Below are positions 22,491-35,322 of a stretch of 64,000 nucleotides of DNA, piece after piece. The position numbers and the translations under genes were made by a program. How positions within the stretch are numbered: the stretch's first letter is position 1; each line of letters starts with the position of its first letter. The notes under the pieces are model-generated. The model saw nothing but the letters and a program-made list of their open reading frames with translations, made no database searches and was not told the DNA's origin. This stretch comes from Basidiobolus meristosporus CBS 931.73 (taxonomy: Eukaryota > Fungi > Basidiobolomycota): assembly GCA_002104905.1 (NCBI GenBank), contig MCFE01000073.1, forward strand, positions 1-64,000. Reading direction: 5' to 3'.

Positions 22491-22517
22491 GGGGTGCATG
22501 GGGTGCATGGGGTGCAC
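22491..22517 (+). repeat. (GGGGTGCAY)x3 direct repeat
   Basis: ggggtgcat ggggtgcat ggggtgcac seen directly. Confidence 0.8.
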
Positions 22518-22817
22518 TTAGACTAGCCCCTATTAGATATTAGCAGATCGATAGAAGCGTATACAGAATCCGGTTTAGTTAAATCAAGTTTATTGGAAGA
22601 GTAGATAAACATCGAGTTTTTTCTTGAAAAACTAATCCAATGAGCACTCATCGAAACCAAAAAGGTCTAGTTCGTAAAGGGCTGATCGACATGATAACCA
22701 ACATAGTGAACAGAAAATGACGAGTGATGCATTTTTGGTATTTTACGTCATTTACGTATCATAACACCACTCACTGACACAAGTCCTTAAGCAAAGCAAG
22801 ATATCCAAAAGCAGCCA

Positions 22818-24440
22818 TCACCCTTTCGCCACGTAAAGCAGGGATAGGGTAACGAGGGAACAGACGGAGGGGATGGACATAAGCGGAGCATTCGAGTTCA
22901 CCTTTTCTCGCGTGAAGTTGGAACTGAGATGAAGGATTGGCCGTTGGTCGGTGCCCTTTTGTACCAATTTAACACTTTGTGCTAATAGATTGGCTTTTAA
23001 CGTTGGTGGATCCCAATTCTCCTCCCCCAGGATTAGTGCCATTGCGCCCGTGACCTAAGATATCAAATAAGCATCCTGATCGTACAATCAATGAAAATGG
23101 AATTACATGAGGGGCAGCCATCGAGGTGCCAGACAGAGAATTACTAGACTGCGGGCCCGACTTCCATGCTGAAACGATATCGGCTCCTGGAGCGTATCTG
23201 GGGGATCTGGTTAACTATTGAAGATGGATCAGGCCGAAATCACTTACATTGTAACACAGGAACCATGGTTGGAGAACCCCATAATCTGGTCGGATCTGTT
23301 GATGGCTCCCACCACTACGGCCTTGGAGACAGAGCTTGGTGAATAACGACAAGCGTTCTGGCCTTCATTCCCAGCTGACAGAGGCGGGTGAATATTTCGA
23401 TACGTTCTGTTTAAGGATGTGGATGGAAGTTACCCGCGATCGAGAAGTGGATCCCCAACTCGATAGCCTCCCCGATTGCTTCATTCGCCGCTTGGCTGAA
23501 GTCGGAACTCAACGAAAGGCTATACGGAAAGTTAGATTCCTGGAGCGATGGCGATTCGTACTTGCGATTCCTCACTTGACAATACTTTTCTGGCCTGGCG
23601 TTCTGAGATGATCCTTCACTATCCATTCGATCCCCCGCAGAACATCGCTGAGCTTTCCGGACCCATCGGCGCGAAGTGCCTTGATGGACACTACTCTAGC
23701 ACTTTTAGCAACCCCGAACGTTTTCCCTTGTCCGATGTCTAACGTTGAGTACAGGTGTTGGTGAGAGAGCGTTTGACTGCTTACCTATCGCCACTCCTGC
23801 GACGAACGTGCCATGGCCATGGCGATCGGCCCCATCCGGATCCCCGTTCAAAGTAGGTCCCCAGCTGGCCCTGCCTTCGAACTCCTGATGGTCTATATTC
23901 ACCCCGCTTCAACGAGCAGATCAACATATGCCCGAAACAAACCAAAATGGTCAGGGCTTACGTATCAATCACATAGATGGTCACATTCCTCCCCGAAGAA
24001 CCAGGGTAACGAAACCGGTTGTCCGTACCGACATACTGGTCGATCCTATCCAAGCCCTAGCCAGCAACATGAGTGATCAAAGCAATGCGTTGAAATGCGC
24101 TGATATGCGCTGAAATGGATGGACGGCTTACCCAACTAGGCGGCTTGTCCTGGACATCGCAGATATGCACCGGCAAATCCGGGATGATGTAATCGATCTC
24201 CGCCATCTTTTGGAATTTCTCCAGCATCTCGTTGGCAATCTCACCAGAATACCACTGGAAGCCCCCGATGTTGCGGGTCTTGACCGACTTGTCCATACTA
24301 AGGGCGGCGGAGTTTCTGGATTTAGCCATGGCTAGGGACTTCTTGAAGACCACAATATGTCCTGGCGCGGCTTGTGCATCAAGGATGCAGCATGCCAGGC
24401 AAAACAGAGAAAGGAATCGTCTGGATATGGAGCGAGGCAT
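22818..24440 (-). CDS. Secreted proteinase K-like subtilase (S8A) with I9 propeptide and hydrophobic C-terminal tail
   Basis: Signal peptide MPRSISRRFLSLFCLACCILDAQA; SW/GLDRIDQ; catalytic Asp YVIDTG, His HGHGTFVAG, oxyanion AAGNE, Ser SGTSMAAPHV assembled across GT-AG introns. Confidence 0.92.
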
Positions 24441-24846
24441 ATTGAACCGTATATAGCAATCAAAAGATTCCCTGCAATTCAATCGTTAAAGTGATGGGGC
24501 AGAAATACTCTAGAGAGCCGGCCAGAGGACTATGCATGGCTGGATGGGCCTTTAAGTATCTAGATCCCTCTATTATGCGGCATTATCCAGGGTGGAGTGG
24601 AAGAATCTCCGAATGCACAGATCAGCACAATGCAACTGATTATTTATTGATTCGGATTGCTTCTAAAAGAAATTGGTCAAGTACTCAGTGTATGGTTGGG
24701 TCTCCAGTGTGTGGTCTATGGTGCACAGATGAGATAGGAAGGATGGAGAATTCTAGTCATCCACGCGTGCCGTAAAGATGAAGTTGTTGTGGTTGGTTCG
24801 GACTAAGGCTTTTGGAATACAACAGTGAATGCGAATCAATAGGCAA

Positions 24847-26737
24847 CTATTTGTTGTGGAAACTATTGAATAGCCCTATTGTTTCTGGAGAGGCCAATTC
24901 CTGCCCGCCCTTGGCATGGTCGTTGCGCAGATTTTCGATCTGGGTCAAGTAGTCTGCGGTTACGCCGCCGGTAATGTATTTACCATCAAATACAGAGGCC
25001 TCGAAGCGTTCGATCTTGGTGTTGAATACAGTGCATGAGGCAATAAGGTCCTCTAGATCTTGGAAAACCACCTGGTCAGCACCAATCGCCGTCGCCACCT
25101 CATCCTCGGTCCGACCGTAGGCCACGAGCTCCTTAGCTGATGGCATATCAATACCGTACACATTAGGATATCTATTTAGACAGCAAATCATTCTCAGTTA
25201 TTTTGCTTGCATTTCGTCTGAACGTATCTAAACATACCTGATGGCGGGGGCGCATGATGCGAAGTAGACCTTCTTGGCTCCGACATCTCTTGCCATCTGG
25301 ATGATCTCCTGGGAGGTGGTACCTCTGACGATCGAGTCGTCGACCAAGAGAACGTTCTTCCCGGAAAACTCCAGTGGCATTGGGTTCAACTTTCTCCTTA
25401 CGTTCTTGCGTCTCATCTGTTGGCCCGGCATGATGAACGTACGCCCGACGTAACGGTTCTTGATGAAGCCCTCGCGGAAAACGATTCCCAATTTGTAGGA
25501 CAATTGAAGTGCTGATACACGAGAGGTGTCTGGGACAGGGATGACGACGTCGATGTCGTGGTTAGGCCCAAGCTTTTTGATGATTTGTGCAGCAAGAGCC
25601 TCTCCCATGGCAAGGCGGGATCTGTACACAGATATCCCATCGATGATGGAGTCAGGTCTAGCAAAGTAGACATATTCAAATATACAAGGAGTGTAAGGTT
25701 TGCCCGGCATCAGCATTCTCTTGGTGACACTGGTTTTGCTTAGGATGATTGCCTCCCCTGGCAAAACATCCACAATGTCAGTAAACCCAAGCACATCAAG
25801 CACAACGCTCTCCGAGGCGAACATGTAGTCATATCCGTTGGCTGATGGACGACGGCCATACACCAAAGGTCTAATACCATTAGGGTCTCTGAAGGCGATG
25901 ATACCGAATCCTACGCAAACAATGTGAGTCTACTTCGACCCCGGATACGAGGTAATACCTACTTACCGGCAATCATAGCGAGGCAGGCATAACCGCCAAC
26001 ACAGATGTCATAAATGCCCTTGATAGCAGTGAAGATATCCTCCTCATTGATTCTGCCAATGGGGATAAAAGGTAAGGAAATTGACTAAACTTGGATTGAT
26101 CGGTGGACGTACCTAGCTTTTCCGGTTTTTTGGAGGTTATCGGCAAAAATGTTCAAAAGGACCTCACTGTCGGATGAAGTGTTGATATGTCTATGGGCGT
26201 CGAAGTCTAGGTAGTTTCTGAGGCTTTCGGTGTTGATGAGATTTCCGTTCTGAAAGAAGAATAAGTCAGTCTGTTTGCGCGCAGAAAAACCTTTGAACCA
26301 ACTGTACGTGAGCAAAAACTATGCCGTAGGGGCTGTTGACGTAGAATGGCTGAGCTTCCGAGGAGGAGGAGGAGCCAGCGGTGGGGTATCTGACTAAGGA
26401 TAGAACATGTGAGCCCAACATAGGTTGATACCGCATCCTTATGAAATAGCACTAACCGTGACCAACGCCCATGTTGCCAACAAGGTTGAGCAAATCCTGT
26501 TTGCCAAATGTTTCGGAGACCATACCGTTCCCTTTGTGCTGGTAAAGGCGTCCCTTATGGCCGCAAGTAATGATACCAGCAGCGTCCTAGTAAGCAAGAG
26601 GTCAATAAACAGTCTTCCACAACGGGTGCAACCTTACGTACCTGGCCTCTGTGTTGCAGCAGACCCAAACCTTCGAAAAGATCACCGCTAGCCAGGCCAT
26701 CCTGAGCAGCCAACAACAAAGCGACAATTCCACACAT
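24847..26737 (-). CDS. ADE4: Amidophosphoribosyltransferase
   Basis: MCGI start (catalytic Cys), [42 protein letters not shown] loop [14 protein letters not shown]. Confidence 0.97.
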
Positions 26738-27482
26738 TATTACCAGCTATTCCGCGATATAGAGGGAGAAGGCAAGTACGAAAAGAGATCCAAAGCGTTT
26801 CCTTGAAGTTCCCGCGGATAGTTAAGTACTCGAGCGATAAGCCAGGGTTCCTAATAATAGATTTTAAATTAGGCACACCATTAGAAATATACAAGATCGA
26901 GCCCCAGTCAAAAATGTTGCTACTATGACAGAGAATGATGAGATAAGATGATAAGATAAACGATTGGTCAAGCATAGATATGATAATGGGGACGGGGCAA
27001 TATCAAGATATATGGAAAACCTTATAAAAGAAAACTTCTCCTTCTTTGGCCAAGGGACCAATTGCCGATCAACATCTCGAGATGGAGGTTGCATTTTGCC
27101 CGAATTCTCCGTGATTGATTGGATCATTAGTAATGATACATCACCAGGATTGGATCACTCCCACACTACTGGCAGAAACTCGATGTGACACCTGGGGCAG
27201 CATGCTTTGGACAGTATAAAATCATTCTCCCACCAAACCAAGAACCAGCATTGCGATTTATGGATAAGCGAACGAGGATTTATGCAGCATTGGCCATTGA
27301 TCCATGTTTAAGCGAGATTTAAGCAATGTTCTAGATTCTCGATTATTTCTATAGACTACTGCCATCAGAAATTTTGTAAAAAATTCTATGACTTCCAGCC
27401 CAACAACTCCAATCTAACCAAACATCCGCAAGTGAATTGGGGCTGTATTCTACCTCTTCCTCCGAATACCATTTCCTTTATT

Positions 27483-28899
27483 ATGTTTCGCAGAGCAATC
27501 CATCGCATTGCCACTCAGTCCCCCAATCTCCGCTCCACGGGATTGGCCACCCAGAGACATGTTGTTCCTGCTCTGTCTCGCCCGCTAAGTATGAAGTCGT
27601 GGTTCGCACGCAAAACACAGCCCTTCGAGAAGAACAAGCCCATTCTGGCTCAGGACGATCTGTTTCACCCGTTGTCGAAATCACCCATAAAGGAAATCGA
27701 ACAGCGTGGTCTGCTCATCAACAAGTATGGTGTTTGCCCAGTCTGCGTAGAAAAACATGAGCATAACCATCCAGTCTACGAATGCCCCGACTGTGGCTAT
27801 CCAACCCACTGTTGTGAAGAGCATTATCAGCAAAACAAGCCCGAGCACGAGAAAGTGTGTAAGATCCTGAGGGATGCTAACGAGGACGAACACGATTTGC
27901 GCTCCGGCCGAATCATGAAGGAATTCGAGTTCCCTTGTAAGTAGACTACCCTCTTTGTTTCTCCACCGATACATCGGAGTTTCGTCGCTAAGATTTCTTG
28001 AATATTCAAGCCGGCCAGCCTCTCGACGAGACCATTAACATGGCCAACTGGGATACCTTCTTCTATACCCGTGGCTTCCCCAGCATGGATAGTGACAGAT
28101 CAATGCGTCACACCACCAAACTACTGACATATCCTATAACCATCGGCTCCATTCTCCACCCTTCAAGCCCATACAGACCTGGCGACGTCCTTACCAACGA
28201 GGGTCTGAAGTCACTCACTGGTAGATAGCATGTTTCAGACCCCTCCTTTTACCAACAAGAGTAACTAACCACCGCTCCTTAGCACTCCGCAATACCATGA
28301 ACATCCAACAAATTGGCAAGAAGAGCAAGGGACCCACCGAGACCATCCGAGTATTCATCTTGGGTGCTCGCGCGGAGTCTCAGCTCCCATCTCACATCTA
28401 CAACCAGATAACCTATCTCTTCCCTGAGACCGCATTCCACTTGTACTTCGTGGGGCCTGAGGCCGTTCCACCCAACATGCAGGCAGGCACCAACAACTAC
28501 AGCGCCAGACTCTCCCTCACCTACGAGAATGCAGTCTACCACGAATACTTCCCTCAAGTTGCTCCCTTCGATCCTTACACTGACATATTCTTCCTGTTCA
28601 GCCCTGGACTTGGTCAACCCGACTCTAGGGATCTCTGGAAGCCATCCATCAGCAAGCTCTTGGAAACCAAGTGCCCCATCTTTATCACCTCTTTCGACGA
28701 GCAAGACATGAATGCGGATGTCCAGGCCCTCAAGGAAGATCACGTCGATGACATCGACTGGCTGATGAAGCCAACCATCAATCACTTCAGAAGCTTGAAG
28801 TACGACATCAACCCCGAGGATGTCCGCGTGGGTATCAACGCCAACTGGGGCATCTATGCCATCAGGGGTAAGAAATACGAGGTCACCCACTCGGACTAA
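27483..28899 (+). CDS. MSS51: Mitochondrial COX1 translational regulator Mss51 (MYND-type zinc finger)
   Basis: Presequence-like MFRRAIHRI, DDLFHPLSKSP, CPDCGYPTHCCEEH, DEHDLRSGR..EFEFP, NWDTFFYTRGF, FILGARAESQLP; 3 exons. Confidence 0.92.
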
Positions 28900-29176
28900 G
28901 TTGGAACCGACACCTCTCAGCATATTCCGACCACGTAGACAATCTGGGTTTTCAGCCGACATCATCAGCCGACATCATACTATCCCCCTCCCACATTTCA
29001 TCATTCTCGTTGCTTGCTGAGTAGTGGCTCTCTTCAACTAAAATCCATTCAAAACCTTTCATAAAATTGCATTCAAAATGGTTTCTTGTGGCATTCATTG
29101 GATCGTAGCACAGATGAAGGATAGAGGTATTGAGTAGGAATCTATCTAGATGAAGTGAACATTGATGCATGCGCGG

Positions 29177-31981
29177 CTATTTCCTCTCTTCAGTGGTCTC
29201 TTGGCTCTTCTGGAGGTGGGATTAGTTGGGCACCGGGGTAGGCTCACCTATTGTGGATTTACCTCAGAAGCGTCCTTCTTGTTGAACAGTGAGCCAAGGG
29301 TAGAGAAGCTGAACTGACTATCTAACGTCTCGGTTTCCTCTCGCATACTGCTGGTTTCCGAGCCGCTTGCTGTGAAAAAACGTCAGCGCTACTGGACCGA
29401 AGGGATGCCACTTTTCGTGAGACCTACCTGAAGAATGCCGGTCGTAGAGCCCTTCTGGGAAATTTCACTGGGGTTAGCGGGTGGGGGGGGGGAAGCACTC
29501 CATTCAGGGATGACGTACCAACAGCCTTCGAGAACCTTCCCGATCCACTGGACACCGCTTTGGCGATGGTGCCGGTGAAGTCCAAATGCAGGTCGGATAA
29601 GCTACTGTAGGGAAAGTCAGTAACGTCCAGCGTCGCCGCAAACCACTATGACGGCCATTACTTGGATATCTTTCGTTGCATATCGTTAATGGCGCTTCCT
29701 CCTTGTCCGGGATGTCTAGAGGTTGCAAGAAATGAGGGACTCGACCACAGAATGGACTGGTCATGTCGATTGACTACCTTGGCTCGATGATAGAGATATA
29801 TTCGGGCACCATCTGGGATTTCCATATCTCGTAGTTTCTAGTGTCGATCCAGTGATTCACCCAGCTCTCGTTGAACTCCTTGATCTGGATTTTCTCTAGA
29901 GAAGACAAACGGATTAATGTTGAGCCTTTTCCTGACCACTACCTGCTGCGTTGCGCACCCGTTCCGTCGGTGACGGACACCAGCTCAAAGGATCCATGCT
30001 CATCACCCATCTCGGCATAATAGACGCTGGACAGGAAGGCCAGTAGATAATTCTCGAACTTTCCCCGGATATACTCGTCGCTTCCCTCGTACTCTGGTGC
30101 TGGTGGACTTCTGGGTGAGTGAAGAAGCTGCTGGGTCGACGAAAGTGGATGGGGTTACCGTTTTTGTCGTAGGTGTGGTTCACTGACTGTATGATCTCAT
30201 CCATGAATCGCTTGTCTGATGAGGTCAACTCAACCATCTCCGCAATGTCCTGGTCGTTGAAGCTGATGGATCCCTTCTCGATCTGCAGATGGGGGTCCTG
30301 GTTAACGCATATCTCGACCGAGTCGATTACAAAGCACACATACGTCTACCACGACATCGATCACATTCCGATGTAACATCTTGAGCACCGCGTTGCTCTA
30401 ACGCAGGAAAGTCTGTTAGCCAACATGTCCACCCGAACCAAAGCAACCAGTCCTACCGTTCCGATGAGGAAAGATCTGGTCTCGTCTGTTTCAATGATAT
30501 CCAGCTGCTGCAGCGGGAAGTACGGTTGGAAGAAACTTCCCTGAAAGAAGGGGTGAATCGGCGGGGCATCGAAATCTTCCAGGGGTTGCCTCCTTACCTC
30601 GTTAAAGATGTCCAACGGAAGAGCCATCTTTTCGAAGAATACCTGCCTCTCATCGCTGAAGTCGTGGAACGCCCGCTTCTTGGAAGTGGCCACTCGATCG
30701 GCCGAGCCGCAGTCTTGTAGATGCCCTAAAAGCCCTGATAATGTGGTGGCAGAGGGAGATTGGTATCTGTCCCAAAAGCCCCCAGATGTCTTTGCAACTG
30801 ACCTGGAATCAGCGACACCAGAGCATATTGGAAGGCACACAAACTCTCGACGGGGTGCCCGTAGAACATGACCTATTCAAGCCGTGGTTAGACGGTCGGT
30901 TTGTCCGGCGTATGACCAAGTGGCCCACGCTTACCCGCTTCTCCAGAAGGAGCAGTTTGAACAATACAAGCGTCTTCGACTTGAACTTTCTCACCAGCTC
31001 CTGCAACGAGATCCCTTTACAGGCCCTGGGATTAGTCGCTTTGGCAGAGAAGCCGAACCCATTCGTTGATTACCTAGGTAAAGAGCAGAGCTAGAAACGC
31101 CGGTGTGGAATTTGGCGCTGAGACTCTCGTAGAATTGCTGGACGAAAGGGGGTTAGATGCGGGCATGGTAAGCACCTGAAGAGGCATCCTGCTCCTACCA
31201 CGATGATTTCCTTCTGTGTGAAATCCCCTTGATTGAAATACGCCGCGGTAACTGCAGTCAACTGATCCCGCACGGAACCTACCACTGCCTACGGATGGGA
31301 GTTCGCTGTCATCAAAACTATTCCCAGAGGCGGGTATGCTATTTCATCGATCTACCTGTCTAGTGATCACGACCACGGCCTTCTGAACGGTAGCACGCGT
31401 GATATCCGCTGTACGGTTCTTGACTTTCTGGTGGGGGGAGAAAATGAAGGGTGTGAGATACGCCAGGGGCACCCCAACAAGAGTCCGCGAAAGGCTGCAC
31501 TGACCGAGGCCTCTATCTGTCGGAAGCAGGAGATCCCGAACAGGGTCATGTTCAAGAAGGGGTATTCAGTGTTCCGCCGGAGCGGCGGCAGGTGGAAGTA
31601 ACAGATCTGCTGCTCGCTCTGGTGCGCCCCGTCTTGGACGTTTGGTGAAGGGCTGAGGTTAGTTTGGCGCGGTGGTTTCTTTGTTGGTTTACCCATACCT
31701 GGTAAAGCCAGAAACGGTAGGAACACCCACTCTTTTGGGACTTTGGGGAACCCTGCTTCCGTGTGCATTTCCTCATCTTCAGGGTAACAGGGTAAAGGTG
31801 GTTGAGCGAATTCCACTATCGGACCAAGCTGATGGTGGCTAGTTTCAGTGGGGGGGGAGAAAGGCAGGTTTAGTGGTCGTTCTTGAGCCAAGCAAAAGGC
31901 GATCTGTACTAACAACGCAACGACCAGTACGTGGGCTACTATCGGTAGCTCCTCTTCCGGACTTGAATGGCTATGGGACAT
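29177..31981 (-). CDS. AVL9: Late secretory pathway protein Avl9 (DENN-like), multi-exon; last exon uncertain (stop at ~29248 or 29177)
   Basis: HVLVVAFHHQLGPIVEF, LPFLALPDGAH, TLFGISCFRQI, DITRATVQKAVVVI, LTAVTAAYFNQGDF, KTLVLFKLLLLEKRV. Confidence 0.88.
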
Positions 31982-32272
31982 AAGTGTGGTTGTTCCTGGT
32001 ATTGGTGTGCTCAAGTGGAATAGTAATGAATATGACTTGACATTATCCCAAGGTTATCCAACCTTTCTTCCATATTTAATCAAGGTGACTAAAATTTAAA
32101 CACCTCTGGTACAAATGACAGGGGATTCTGATCCACAGGAAATGGACCAATTTGGACGAAATTCACCCCCCTGCCGCTAATCTCACAAAATTCAATGAAC
32201 GGCTTAAAGGAAGCCTTCTCTTTCCGTGTGAGAATCCTCCCGTTTTTAGGAATTCATCTCCAGAAATAAAGC

Positions 32273-32920
32273 ATGGTAAGGACCCACAGTTCGTTTGATA
32301 ACACGCACATGGTTCAGCGTGATTTGTGGAAAGGGGGAAATGGTAGACTAGACGAGTAAAGCACGACCAGATATCGAACCAGTCGATCGATTCATCCATC
32401 CTCAACAACAGCGCACCCCACCCAACCGATTCCTTGCCAGCTTACTGAACCCCGTATCTTTTCCTAGGCTGACCAAGACGCCCAACAAAACGTTGAACTC
32501 AAGAAGAAGAGAACTTTCCGCAAGTACTCTTACCGCGGGGTGGAGCTCGACCAACTCCTGGACCTATCCAGCGAGCAATTCATGGAGCTTGTTCACTGCC
32601 GTGCCCGCAGAAAGTTCAACCGCGGTCTTAAGCGTAAGCCCATGGGACTTATCAAGAAGTTGAGAAAGGCCAAGACCGAGGCTGCCCCCAACGAGAAGCC
32701 CGAAACCGTCAAGACCCACCTTCGTAACATGATCGTCGTCCCCGAAATGATCGGCTCCGTTGTTGGCGTCTACAACGGCAAGACCTTTAACCAAGTCGAG
32801 ATCAAGCCCGAGATGATCGGTCACTATCTTGGGGAATTCTCCATCACCTACAAGCCCGTCAAGCACGGTCGTCCCGGTATCGGTGCCACCAACTCCTCCC
32901 GTTTCGTTCCCCTCAAATAA
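32273..32920 (+). CDS. RPS15: 40S ribosomal protein S15 (uS19); first exon is probably the ATG only
   Basis: ATG|gtaagg at 32273, acceptor ttcctag at 32467, then ADQ...[20 protein letters not shown]...[13 protein letters not shown]...[18 protein letters not shown]. Exon 1 position is inferred. Confidence 0.95.
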
Positions 32921-33049
32921 ATTGGACTTCATCTGGATTTGCTTGCATTGGAGCTCTGCTTGTAATAAATAAAGTAGTTGGGTCTATTTCTTGGTTATGA
33001 ATCCACCTCCGTTCATTGACTTTTCTTCGGACAACAACTGGCCTCTACT

Positions 33050-34287
33050 CTAAGCCGAGCGGTCCCTTTTCCGGCTTGGACGCTGGGCGACATATTCCTT
33101 CAGCTTATCCCCGCCGAACACCATGCAGGTCTATAGAAAATAAGGTTTAGTCGGACCCTGGATCGCACCAAGCTTCGTCTACTTACGGTCAGGTAGACGC
33201 TGAGGCCTATTCTAGGCGTGACCCCGCGATAGAACCCCATGAATCCGTTTCGCTCGTAGATGTATTTTGCCGTAGTCCAGATGTTCAATTTTTCCGGTCT
33301 ATCGGCCGCTTTGGCCTGGCTCTGCATCTCGACCCGAATCACCTCGATCGGCTGATTCCAACAGGCAAGGGCTCCACCAACCACCGAGGCTAAGAAGTTG
33401 AAGTCCGTCAGTATATCGAGGACACCCTACGACCGACACGACCGCTCACTTACACAGGATCTTCTCAGGGTTAGTCAACGCTCTGTCTTTGTCCTGACGA
33501 CGGATAAGGGACTCTGTGATCCGGGAGATACCTAAACGAAACGCGTGAGCAGCGGAGACCGGCGAAACGACCTCGAAAGCGTGTCCGTGTGCCTACCAAA
33601 CCTAGAGCCCCAGTTTGTCATTTGTCGAAGCGCCACGGCCGAGACTCCTTTGTTCAGACCGACGATCCCTTCCCGCTTGAAGATCTCGTGGGCGATCTCG
33701 AGGGAGGAGGAGCTGGCGCCGGGGTTCTTCTGTCGGGTCACCTCGACGGTCTTCATGAACGTGCAGAAGCCCATCGTGGTGTATGCCTGAAAAACTCCCC
33801 CGCTCATACCCCCTAGGATGCCGCTGACCACTGGAGAGGCGCCTAGCTTGCGACAGTGGTATTCCACCTCCGAGGAGGAGAACAGCAACACCCCGCCCTT
33901 GGTAGACGATTCGATCCAGGCCCACTAAACGAGTCCAAAGGAGGCGTTTTAGTGCGTTCGGCGGAATGGGTCGTGGAGGCGAAGTGAATACGAACCGGGA
34001 TGAGTCCTTGGTAAAACCCGGCGAACCCGCCGCGCTGGTAAATCTTCTTGAGGGAGGTGGGTAGCGAGTCCTGTCTATGGGCTAGGTATTCGGAATGAGG
34101 GAAACTGCCTGATTAGTAACATGTCCGCTGGTGGTACAAGGATACTGGTGTGCAAACCGGCCATATGAGTCTTGATTACTTCGAATGGTTGGCCCAACGT
34201 CGACACCTCGAACGTCTGGATAAGTGCCCCCAGGCCGATGTTGGTCCACGAGACGGGCTTCTTGGTCGGTGGTTTGGTCGCTGACAT
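33050..34287 (-). CDS. YHM2: Mitochondrial carrier, citrate/2-oxoglutarate carrier Yhm2-like
   Basis: EVSTLGQPFEVIKTHMAAHR, YQGLIPWAWIE, TMGFCTFMKTVEVTR, LRQMTNWGSRFG, WNQPIEVIRVEMQ, FYRGVTPRIGL. Confidence 0.9.
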
Positions 34288-35322
34288 GATGCTTTGCCTC
34301 TCTGCCTGGGAGAGCGGCGAGGGTTCAAGCCGGGTACCGGTCATGCGACCGATCCATCGACATCATTGGTGCTGGGTAAATGTGGACCAATGCTCCAGTG
34401 GATCTCTTGAGGTTGGTTTCCTCGCTGATCTAAGCAAATCTGGCAAATCGCAACCTTCCCAGATAAGCAAGGTCGATTGGCCAGCTTCCACGGAGAACAT
34501 TGGCATCCCCCGAATGGCTCCCAATCGACCAGCTCCATTACGTGGAATGAGCGTAACACGAGCTTCGTCAACCGACCGTCAAATTCACCTCTGTTACACT
34601 CGTTTGGGATAGCAACATGTGTGTTGAGTCATTCCCATCGGGAGATCTGATTCGATCTGAGGCGGATGTGGCTTAGATCCCCTGAATCAACCACCCCTAC
34701 CCCCCCCCGTGAACCCCTTTAATCAGAGGCACTAAAGACTAAACGGAATTAAATTGCCACCGCTAAGCCGCCACCACCGTACCCACGGGATATTCGGATC
34801 ACCAATAATGTCTGGGACGATGGACCGCTTCGGGCGAGAGGGACGAATGTTTGGAAAGATATGTGGCAATATTTTAATGTTGTGATAGAACTGAACTGGG
34901 TCTGGCATGGAGTAAATAGTTTGCTATGGGAAAAGCCGATATGAAATATTCAGGGGAGCTGGAAGGAAGATAAGGGTGGTGAGTTGTCAGCGCAGTGGCT
35001 ACTCATCAAAAACTACAAGAAATACAACAGCCATTCAAAAAACGGGGTGTTCTTGCCACGGCAGATGGGTGATTATGATACTAAGAGTGGGCGCAGGAGG
35101 GTGTGTGGGTGTGGATGTGGATGTGGGTGCGAGTGAACGGTGGGGTACAAAGTCAAAATGGACAGGTTTTTTGGGTTTTTGTCGGTCAAAAAGATAATAG
35201 ACACTATAGAAGGGAGAATCAAACCAAAAAGATGTGGGATAGTATTAATCAAGGATGCAACGTCGGCGCAGCAAGACTTGATCCAGAGTTTTAAGGTATA
35301 CACGAATAACGGCGGGACTAAT

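Noticed and set aside
32276-32467. snoRNA hosted in the RPS15 intron
   Set aside because: No convincing C box (RTGATGA) with terminal D box, and no H/ACA layout, seen.
34133-34145. Perfect U12-type donor GTATCCTT on the minus strand in YHM2
   Set aside because: The upstream GTTTGC donor gives MAAHR, matching Yhm2 MAANR. The GTATCCTT is internal to a normal U2 intron.
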